Origin: Nemertoderma westbladi
Lineage: Eukaryota > Animalia > Xenacoelomorpha
Reading direction: 5' to 3'
NCBI GenBank assembly: GCA_032718475.1
Contig: JAUCBJ010009163.1
Coordinates: forward strand, 62,001-126,000
DNA length: 64,000 nucleotides
The notes below the pieces were generated by a model. It did not search any database. It was not told where the DNA came from and saw only the letters and a list, made by a program, of their open reading frames with translations. Position 1 is the first letter of the stretch; every line of letters begins with the position of its first letter. Shown piece by piece: positions 1 through 9,670 of the stretch. Made by a program: the position numbers and the translations under genes.

Positions 1-415
1 GTTTTCATTTATTTGTATTTGTAATTGTTTGAATTTATGCAATATTGAGATGCAATAGATTTATATTGGTGAATTTAATTTAGATTTATATTGTACTTAC
101 TTAGTAAAGCCTTAAATACGTAAAGTTTGAATTTGTAATTATTTGTATCGAATCATTACGTAGAAAGGAAGTATTGTTTGAAATTTAATTGTAAATATGT
201 AAGTACGCCCTAAGTATTCTATAGTTCGATTGATTATTGGTGAAAACCGTATATTTTATGCACGATAATATCCTGTTTTCATGGAGCGGTATAGAATTAT
301 ATTCCCTAAATGCCGTGGATTTCCAAAATTTTATTTTATTCGAATTAACTTTGTAAAGATTGCTTTGAGTTCTCATTAGTATTGGTTCTATCTATTGTAC
401 ATCTATCGGTCAAGT

Positions 416-492
416 GGTTCAGTAGCTCAGTTGGTAGAGCGTTGGAAATTATAAGTGTAGTAGGTATCGAGTTCGAATCCTAGTAAGTGCGA
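416..492 (+). ncRNA. tRNA-derived Pol III promoter module (A box + B box) inside the LTR; not a canonical tRNA
   Basis: A box TAGCTCAGTTGG (423-434) with intact D-arm GCTC/GAGC; B box GAGTTCGAATCC (469-480); T6 run at 497-502. Acceptor and anticodon stems do not pair. Confidence 0.75.
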
Positions 493-559
493 ATTATTTT
501 TTGTGCAGAATTTCAACTCATTTAAATTAACCGCTACAAATTAATTGCATTTATCTGTA

Positions 560-706
560 CCAATGAGGCTGTAGTTATTTGATTGTAACCAATGTCGTGC
601 AAGTTATATATTAGCTGGACCAATAGCTATCTTTAAAACCTTGTTAGAACCCATAGAACAATCGAGAATTTTCTCGATTGATTGCGGCACAAATTTAGTA
701 TATAAA
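560..706 (+). promoter_or_regulatory. Pol II promoter of LTR 1: three CCAAT boxes, palindrome and TATA box
   Basis: CCAAT at 560, 589 and 620 (~30-bp spacing); inverted repeat CAATCGAGAA-TT-TTCTCGATTG (~659-680); TAGTATATAAAGG at ~696-708. Confidence 0.6.
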
Positions 707-881
707 GGTGCGATTTCGTTCATTAGTACTACTATTCAATCAATCTCAATCTCACTTGCTGATCTACCTTAACTTTCTGTCTTATTTCAGATTACATTGT
801 TTATTGTATAATAGTTATTATATCTTTGTAATAAAAGTCAGAAATACTAGTCACATCTCAGCTTTTCTATCTGTTTCACTA

Positions 882-899
882 TGGTTTCGCTACGGTGAA
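882..899 (+). other. Putative primer binding site of element 1
   Basis: TGGTTTCGCTACGGTGAA directly after the LTR-terminal CA, at a position homologous to the TGGTCC of element 2. The priming tRNA was not identified. Confidence 0.45.
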
Positions 900-2399
900 C
901 AAACTCAGGGACAAGATGGCCAGCTAGAGATCGGGCCGCAGCAATGAACGGGAACATCACGGGAATGTAGACGAGAGACAACCCGCAATACCATTTAAAG
1001 TTATTCGCCCATCGCCTGAAAGGTTAGACAGCGTTCGATCCTTGCTACCTAAGTATAAGACCAAAAGATCAAAGGTAGACGTAGTGACACGCTGCAAGCC
1101 TAAAATTACATCATAGGGACTGTACTGTCTTGATTCAGGGAAAACCGCAGTAGACCTTCATATTCCTACGGGGGGGAGGGAGAGAGCATAAGCAGATACT
1201 AGTACGCAGATAGGACGTAGGCACACCGGTACAAGGCATACACATTGGTTAGGGTGCAGCAAACTGTACGCTTAACTCTTGCTAAGTACAGGTGTGTGTG
1301 CGACTATTTGCCGTACAACGGTGTCCAGTGCATTAGAACTTGTAGGCTAGGGGGGTTGCTGTGTTTTCACCTGAATTGGGATTGTACCGTTCAGGCGGTA
1401 GGGCAGTTTACGCTAGGCGCAAAATAAATTGAGGCTATCAGGGATATACTAACATCTACCGTGTCCCCGCCAACGCCCTAATAGGAAGTTACCCGGACTA
1501 CCTGGGTGACTAAAATTCTAGATAGGAGCCAGGATAGCTATTAGTACCCGTACGCCTACAGTAGTAAACTAACACATCTCTTCTTAGTATCAGGGACCTG
1601 GTACCTAAAATTGCCGAATTCTGGGCGTAGTATTAACCTTATGCCTGAATTTGAGTCCTGGAAATACGCAAGAGGGGAAGGAACCTTATCATTCGTGAGT
1701 ATTGGACCTACAAGTTATAAAATTAGAATATTCGTAAAATGCACACCGTACCCAGTAATTATATATGTGAAGGAGCAAAACTGCTTTGACCGTTCAGAAT
1801 TAACACACGCGCGTTAGAAATTATTTACACCTCAAAATATATAAAATTAACTTTCGTCCTTACTGCACTTTGCTCGCTAGTTAGACATCTCCAAATATCT
1901 GCCTCTATACCTAGCTAGCGTCCCTTTGCCCAACCATATAAATCACACCGCGGCAAAGTATACGAGCCTCTTAGTCCGTCAGTGAGTCAGCCTGATTTTA
2001 GGATTCGCTGCGCGGGATTTGTTTTATCGAAGTTTGTCTGCTCGTAGACTGTTCTGCCTCACCGGTTAAAAGAGATCGATACTGCAATATATTCGCTTAC
2101 TTAGGGTTTACTGTTTTGGTGAGAAGGTCGGATTTATGATTTGATTTACAAACTTTACAGTAGGATATTGCAGGTATTGTTACCGTTTCTTCCGATAGTA
2201 GGAATAGGCGTATCTCTCCAATTTAAATTCAAATAATTTAAATCTAAGTCCGAATTTACAAAATAATTCAAATAATCTTATTTCGAACGAGCAAAATAAT
2301 TCCGTTTCTAATCTGGGCGCACAAAGCAACTTAATCGAGTTAGAGGATTTAAATTGATCTAACCAATGGCAATATTAGTGGTGCTATTAACGTGAACGT

Positions 2400-2630
2400 A
2401 CAGTTAGTACAGTTAGTTGGCAGGAAGTTGCGGGGTTGAGCCAACCCGAAGAGGGCCTGGTAGGCCACTTAGTTAGTAGGCAGGAAGTTGCGGGGTTGAG
2501 CCAACCCGGAGAGGGCCTAGTAGGCCACGTAGTTAGTAGGCAGGGAGTGGCGGGGTTGGGTCAACCCAGCGAGGGCCTGGTAGGCCAAGTAGTTAGTAGG
2601 CAGGAAGTAGAGGGCCTGGTAGGCCACAAG
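2400..2630 (+). repeat. 60-bp tandem repeat (~3.5 copies) in the gag N-terminal region
   Basis: Unit AGTTAGTAGGCAGGAAGTTGCGGGGTTGAGCCAACCCG.AGAGGGCCTGGTAGGCCAC translates as 20-aa repeats SQPEEGLVGHLVSRQEVAGL. Confidence 0.9.
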
Positions 2631-4979
2631 GTAGCAGAGGGAGAGGCGGGGGTGAATAGACCCAGCCGCAGTAGGGTTGATGTGTCGGCTAGAGAGGGGT
2701 ATAGTAGCGAAGTAAGAGATAGTGAAGTTAGATGTGGTGAGTGGGGGGGGGGGGGCTACAGGAGCCCCACAACAGCGAGTTAGTGGCGAAGGGGGGGGGG
2801 GGGCAGAGAGTGCCCCACAGGCATCAACGGATAATGCGCGGGCCGAGATCGGTAAACCGCAATACCCGGCGACGGAGAGTGATATGGGGATTGCGAGTAT
2901 CCCCAGCGGCGTGCAATCGAGCAGAGAGAGACAGGTTGACGTCGCGAGAGGGCGGACGAAGCGTCGAGCCCGATCAGAAGAGGGAAGAAGAACAGTGGAG
3001 TTTAACTGGGAGGTCGACGAGAGATCTCACGAGCGGGAATACTGCACTACAGAGAGAAGAAAGGAAGAGAGTAGAAGAAGTGTCGCCGCGAACGACAGGA
3101 GAGCGAGGACGGATAGCGAGCCGTCGGTAGTAGAGGTGGAGACGGAGAGTCAGCGGGGTCGAACTTCGGGAGATTGCCGTCGCCCCGGAGGAACGCGACC
3201 TGACGAGGCGTATTGCGCGCAGAGAGAGGGGTACGGGATGTACCGGCACGAGAGACGAGAGCAGTAGAGGGGGTCAAAGAGAAACTTCCCGACGGGATAT
3301 ACCTACCGATCGAGAATGCGGTGGCCGCGGGGAGGATTATTCGAGAAGGATAAACTTCGATCCCGAGCGACACATACAGACTGCAGGACATACTGTAGGC
3401 CTTACTGCACATACCATAGGCTATGCTGAGAGAGATAATATAGGCGATAGGATAGCGCGAACAACGGGATTAAACCCGGAAGTCGCGGAGTATATACCGG
3501 CAAGGAGGCCAGAAGTAGATAGGCCTATACCGGTACCAGCACAGCAGTATGACTACAGCATGCAAGGACATAACATATACCCAGGGGAGGGGGGATTATT
3601 GCGGATAGATGCATGGGCTCCAATATATTAACATCAACCCCAGTACCAAACATACCGGTGGGGGGGGGGGGGGACAGGGTGACATTCCCCCATCACAATA
3701 TCAACAATATACCCCAGTAGGAGTAAGAACATCGAACCCCTTGGACGAGAATAGATCATGCGACACAGAAATATGGAGGGGGCCGCTACCCCCTATGATA
3801 TATCCAAGTCAGAGGAAAGCGGCAAACAGGACGAACGGACCGCACCCAACGGGAGAACCTATGCAGCACCCATCGAACCCATTGGAAGCGCAAGCGGTGG
3901 GGATGGCCACGTTAATCGATGCACTAAAAACAAGGATCGAGTTACCACCCGTGGAACCATTCAAATTCGATGGGAGTAGGCCGGAAGAATACCTACAGTT
4001 TCGGCGCATGTATAGTAACGAAATATTAACAAAAAATTTGACGCAGGCGGAGTGCCTAAAGTATCTGCAAGTATATACAGGGGGCCCAGCATACGACATC
4101 GTGAGGCAATACCAGGGTATCGAGGGTGGCTTCACGACGGCATGGCGGGCGTTAGACAGGGAATACGGGCACCCGGCCAAGATCATCCGGCAGACCCTGA
4201 GAGGTATAACATCGGGTGGCCTACAGGATAACCCCGTTAGCATAAAGACATTCGCTAACAAAGTCGAGAAGGCGCTAATCGTGCTAAAGACATTGGATGC
4301 GCCATACGAACTCAACGCGTCCAACAACATCACTACGATAGCCCAGGCACTTCCGATGTGGCTGCGCAATAAGTGGAGGAAAATCGCTTTCTCCACTCGA
4401 GATAGGAAGGGTGCGGAACCGGGTTTAGAAGAGATGTGAAGCTTCTTAAACTATGAAGCTGAACTTATAACGGACCCAGTCTACAGCGAGGATAGCCTGG
4501 GAAAGGGATCAAAGACTGATTACCACAGGCCGAAACCAGAGCATAACGCGTCGAGCGCATTGCCAAAGCTCAGACAGTCACTGCCGTACGCAGCAACGCA
4601 GGGGACTACCAGTCCACAGGTAGCCGGGGGTAAGACCACATCATGGAGCGGACAGGGGAAAAATAACAACATGGACAAACATAACCCCAGTACACCCAGT
4701 AGGCCGAATCCAAACAATAAGAACAGTAAGGACTTTGGTACAAATGCAACTGCGATACGCAATGCACTGTATAAGGATGGCTACGATCCAAAGAGCAAAT
4801 GCCAGCTACATTCAAATGCGCTTCATCAGACCATGAACTGCAGGTACTGGCAGGCGCTACCCAGGGAAGATCAGGTAGAATACGCGGCGAGAAATGAGAT
4901 CTGCTCGCGATGTGTGATGAGTGGACACAGAGCTAGACAATGCAGAGAAACGCCAATTAAGATGAGGTTCTGGAGATGA
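2436..4979 (+). pseudogene. gag: BEL/Pao gag (disrupted)
   Basis: DUF1759-like core ELPPVEPFKFDG...LKYLQVYTGGPA in 3609-4439. After an in-frame TGA at 4437-4439 the frame continues FLNYEAELITDPVYS. Knuckles CQLHSNALHQTMNC and CSRCVMSGHRARQC. The N-terminal part has stops and frameshifts. Confidence 0.85.
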
Positions 4980-4989
4980 GAACCGGACG

Positions 4990-7900
4990 GTGCGGATAGC
5001 AGCGGTAGCACCGGGATGCGATTATGGGGCGACCATCGACCCCATCCAGGTGATAGAGTCGATAAATATTAACGCCAGGCGGCCAACCAACATCGAGGTC
5101 GAACAATACAGATTCCTGGACAGTATCGACTTCTCAATCCCAGAGGTGGACGTTAGGAAGGTATCCATCATAGTAGGAATGGACTGCCCAACGGCCCACG
5201 AGAGAATGCAAACGGTCTTCGGCGAAGACAGGCAATGTGACCCGGTGGCGATATTGACACCATTCGGGTGGACACTGAGTGGCCCAATCAAGAGTAAGAT
5301 ACCATTTAGGATGTCGGAGACATCAGGATGCATGTTCGCGGGAACTATGCGAGAGATGGAGGATGAGGGAGCAGAGGAGCAGCTCAGGAGACTGCTCAGG
5401 CAGGATTTTGAGGGATTAAAGGAGACCGGGGTCGGAACCTCGGTAGAAGACAAGCAGGCTTTACAAAGTGTAAAGGAATCGATGACATGCGATGAGGGGC
5501 GGTATACCATAGGGATGGTATGGAAGCTACCAAAGCTACCGTTACCCGACAACAAAGGGATGGTACTTACGAGGCTTCGCAAGTTAAAGCAGACGTTAAA
5601 ACGGAGCCCCGAGAAGAATGAGTACATCCACAAGACAATTAGAAAGTATGTCGAGAAAGGATGGGCCGTGGAGTTACCGGTCGACGAGCCAAACACGGAC
5701 AGGACCTATTACCTGCCACTCCACGTGGCTATAGACCCGAAGAAAGGTAAACTGCGGATGGTAGTTGACGCATCAGCCAAGACCAACGGGAAATGCCTAA
5801 ACGATTATCTGCTGGAGGGTCCCAACATCTACAACTCAGGGATCGAGGTCCTACTCAGATTCAGGAATGGCAAACACGCTTTCACCTGCGACATCGAAGG
5901 CATGTTCAACAAAGTCCGTGTAACGGGAGAGGATAGCGACAGCCAACGCTTCCTATGGTACGACGGCGATGAGGAACCGTCGACCATACCAATGTATAAG
6001 ATGATAGTACAGAATATGGGAGCCAAGTCGTCTTCGTTTACAACAACTATGGCAGTAAGAGATACGGTAGCAGGGAAGGAAGATAAGTTCAGCGCCAAAG
6101 CCGTCGATATGATTCGACGCGGCTTCTACGTAGACGACGGGATGGAGTCTGGAAATACGGTTAAGGAGCTACTGGACACAGGGCGCGAGGTTCGCGACAT
6201 CCTTAAAGGATCCGGCTTCAACCTAACCAAATTCCAATCCAGTTCGAAGGAATTTATCGAGGCGATAAAAGACGAGAGACCAGGATCGACCATGGATAAT
6301 CACACAACAGCCAAGGGGCAGGACATGGCGAACAAGAGGATAGAGTCTCAACAGAAGGCACTGGGAATCGTGTGGAACAGAGAGACAGACGAGCTAAAAT
6401 ACCAATTGAGTCAGGAGGGAGCAGGTATTCACACAAAGAGGGGCTATGTGTCATATATAGCGAGGATATACGATCCCCTAGGCCTAGCATCCCCATTACT
6501 AGTCACGGGGAAACAGATACTCAAGAGAGTATACAAATTAAAGGACGAGTGGGACACAGAGGTCCCAGAAGAGATTAGTAAGCAGTGGAACAAGTGGACA
6601 GAGAGTCTAAAGCAGATGGGAACATACAGCATGCGGCGTGTATATTTCCCGGATGGGGACATGACGAATCTGGATCTACATATGTTCTCCGATGGGTCAT
6701 TAGAGGCATATGGAGCGGCACTCTACTTAGTACAACGAGAGGGGGCTCACAAGCCCAGACTCGCATTCAGTAAAGCGAAGTCGACGCCACCAGACTCAGC
6801 ATCAGTTCCGAAACTCGAGTTGACAGCTGCGAGATTAGGAGTTAGGGCCACAGCCTACTTAGTGGACACTATTCCCAACATAGTGGAAGCACACTACTGG
6901 ACGGATTCCATGGTAGTGCTCGGTTGGCTACACAACGAAAGGACGAGATACCCTATATTCGTCGCGAATAGAGTGGACGAAATAAGAGCGACCACAGAAC
7001 TGGAAAGGTGGCACTACTGCCCAACGGATGAGAACCCAGCAGACTTGTTATCGAGGGGCGTGGTACGCCACACTTTCTTGAAGAAGGAAGTATTGTGGCA
7101 ACACGGGCCACAGTTTCTGAGCGATAGGGAGGCCTGGCCGCCGATGAGAAAGGTGGACCCGGGCTCAGGAGAAGTAGTGTCAGAAGGAGAAGAGGGAAAT
7201 TCAGAGGGAGAGGAGATATACTCCCAGATGGTGAGGGAGATTAGGGGCGTGCAACCAAAACCAGGAGAACTGTGCGATAACCCGACGGATAAACTCCTTA
7301 GCTACAGTTCTAGTTGGTACAAGACCAAGAAGTTAGTGGCGTACTGGAGAGCCTTCGGGAATTTCCTCAGGGGAGTTGGCAAAGACGTGAAGATTAGAAT
7401 GACAATAGATCTGGAAGGAGCGGCCAAAGAAGTCATTCGCTACGAGCAGAGGAAGAACTATGGCGACGACGTGGAACGCGTCGGTAAACAACGGCATCTC
7501 CGGCGGGACAGCGATCTGATCACGCTGTCACCACAACTTAATGACAACGGGATCCTAGTAATGAACTCTAGGGTGGGATACAACAACAGTATCGTCGTAC
7601 CACCGAAGCCCATCATCATCCCCACAGGATCGCCGATAGTCCACCAGATTATCTGGGACTCTCACAAATCGTTATTGCACGGGGGCACCAACCGAACCCT
7701 CACGGAGGACCTTTTGGGTCAAACAGTTGAGGAAGAAGGTAAAGGCGGTAGTGGGGCAGTGCCAGACCTGCCGACGAGCGAAGAAGGAATGGGCCATACA
7801 GGAAATGGCGCCACTACTGGCCAGTAGAGTAAGACAGCACGACCCGCCATTTACGCATTGCGGTGTGGATATGTTCGGGCCGATAAAGATTACGAGGCCG

Positions 7901-8648
7901 CAAAGACCGCAAAGTTTGGACGATCGCAGTAATGTATTCTGACAGCGGGACCAACTTTGTGGGGGCGGAGAACGAGATGGCAGAGGCCTTGGATATCCCG
8001 GAAGGGGAGGAAGTCAGGGCGGCCATGAGAAGGCGACAAGTAAAGTGGGAGAGGAGGACGCCGTATGCTCCGCATACCCTAGGATGCGTCGAGAGATTAG
8101 TGGGTAGTTCGAAGCGTCTGATGACGAAGTTGATGAACACCCACATGGTTACAGAGGACGTACTAAGGACAGTACTGGCAAAGTGTGAGGGTATCATTAA
8201 TAGCAGACCGCTATATCCAGAGAATGATGACCCTGAGTCATTAGACGTGCTGACGCCCAGTCACTTTCTAATGGAAAGGCCAGCGACAATCGACATGCGG
8301 GGTGTAGACCCAGATGACATACACTCCCGCCAGAGTTGGAAAGTCGCTAAGGCGATAAGTGCCGAGTACTGGAGGAGGTGGGTCGAGGAATATCTGCCCA
8401 CACTACACAGAAGAAGTAAGTGGAGGAACACGAACAGAGAGCTAAAGGGGGGTGATCTGGTGATTGTCACGGATGATACCATAATCAACAACCAATGGCG
8501 GTTGGCGAGAGTTGTGGGCACTTACTCCGATGAGGACAGAAGAGTCCGATCGGTAGAAGTGCGAATAGGTGGAAAGATAGGTGCGAAAGACAGAAAGACC
8601 TACAGGAGGGCTGTAGGGAAATGCTGTCTACTAGAGGGGGCACCTTGA
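4990..8648 (+). pseudogene. pol: BEL/Pao pol (protease remnant, RT, RNase H, integrase), frameshifted with deletions
   Basis: RT YYLPLH..KLRMVVDASAK, FYVDDG; RNase H MFSDGS, PKLEL, WTDS, NPAD; integrase HKSLLH, CQTC, GVDMFGP, SDSGTNF, CVERLV; C-terminal DUF5641-like region. Frame breaks at ~7707 and ~7915. Confidence 0.95.
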
Positions 8649-8676
8649 ACTAGTGTGGATTTTAGTGGAGTTTAGT

Positions 8677-8738
8677 CGTCCAAGTTTTGGACTGAGGGGG
8701 GTGGGCATGAGGGCGAGACGCCCTTCCCACACAATAAA
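8677..8738 (+). other. Post-pol hairpins, PPT-like G tract and AATAAA
   Basis: GTCCAA-GTT-TTGGAC hairpin, GAGGGGGGTGGGCA-TG, hairpin GTGGG..AGGGCG-AGA-CGCCCT-TCCCAC, then AATAAA and an A-rich run. Confidence 0.55.
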
Positions 8739-8790
8739 GATAAAATAAAAAAAAAATAATAAGAAGAGAAAGTCATAGAATAGTACATAA

Positions 8791-9190
8791 TAGGTACCGT
8801 CAGTAGGCAGAAGTTAGTAAGAGGGTACGTAGTACCATCAGTAGGCAGAAGTTAGTTAGTAAGAGGGTATGTAGTACCGTCAGTAGGCAGAAGTTTGAGT
8901 TTAGTAAGAGGGTACGTAGTACCGTTAGTTAGTTGGAGAGAGTTAGAGGTTAGTAAGAGGGTATGTAGTACCGTTAGTTAGTTAATGGAGTTAGAGGTTA
9001 GTAAGAGGGTACGTAGTACCATTAGTTAGTTAATGGAGTTAGAGGTTAGTAAGAGGGTACGTAGTACCATTAGTTAGTTAGTGGAGTAAGAGTTAGTAAG
9101 AGGGTACGCAGTACCGATTAGTTAGTTAGTTAGAGAGAGTTAGAAGTTAGTAAGAGGGTACGTAGTACCGGCTAGTAAGAGTAAGAGGTA
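8791..9190 (+). repeat. ~45-55-bp tandem repeat, 8 copies, between pol and the extra ORF
   Basis: Constant core AGTAAGAGGGTAYGYAGTACC (mini-palindrome GGTAC-GTA-GTACC) separated by related (AGTT)n-rich linkers. Confidence 0.9.
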
Positions 9191-9670
9191 GAGGGATATA
9201 TATATATAGTATAGACATTAGTTAATAGTTAGTAGCGAGAGGGGGGCATATGAGTACAGCTGGATAAATCGTGTAGGCCACGCGACGCATACTGTTGTAC
9301 TGCACAAGCCCACAGAGTAGGCCAGAATGTGGATTATGAAATAGAATAATCCATAGGCAATAGTAAGTAGCAGCACGATAGTAGGATTGAATTAGATTAA
9401 AATATTAAAATAGGATAGGGCTAAGAAATTGACAAATTATGGTAACAGTAGCAAGAAAATTCTGGAACATAATAAAAGTAACTGACAAATTTACGATTTA
9501 GGTACAATTTGGTAGCTACAGAAATCAAGCAGTATAAATAGGCTAATTAACTTAGTAATTCAGAGGGAGATAGGCCATCGAACTGAAATAAACCACCTTA
9601 ACCTATCACTCACCCTATTGCGCCTTGGTAAGGCACCACCCAACGGGTGAGCGATCGGGCAAAGTTCGAG

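Larger units (their letters stand above)
241..878 (+). repeat. Putative 5' LTR of element 1
   Basis: Bounded by TGAAA (241) and TTTCA (874-878). Contains CCAAT boxes, TATATAAA (699-706) and AATAAA (~829), and is followed 3 nt later by TGG. Homologous to the 5' end of element 2. The left boundary is uncertain and there is no second copy in the window. Confidence 0.55.

Noticed and set aside
9-23. TTATTTGTATTTGTA shared with the element 2 3' region (~13977-13991) as evidence of a common LTR
   Set aside because: It is a low-complexity AT-rich match that does not extend.
416-492. Functional tRNA gene (also 25972-26041)
   Set aside because: Acceptor and anticodon stems do not pair; only the D-arm/A box and T-loop/B box are retained.
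641-675. Heat-shock element (GAA...GAAttTTC)
   Set aside because: Only two properly alternating nGAAn units; not distinguishable from chance.
8791-9190. CRISPR-like repeat/spacer appearance
   Set aside because: The linkers are related low-complexity AGTT repeats rather than unique spacers, there are no cas genes, and the context is a eukaryotic retroelement.
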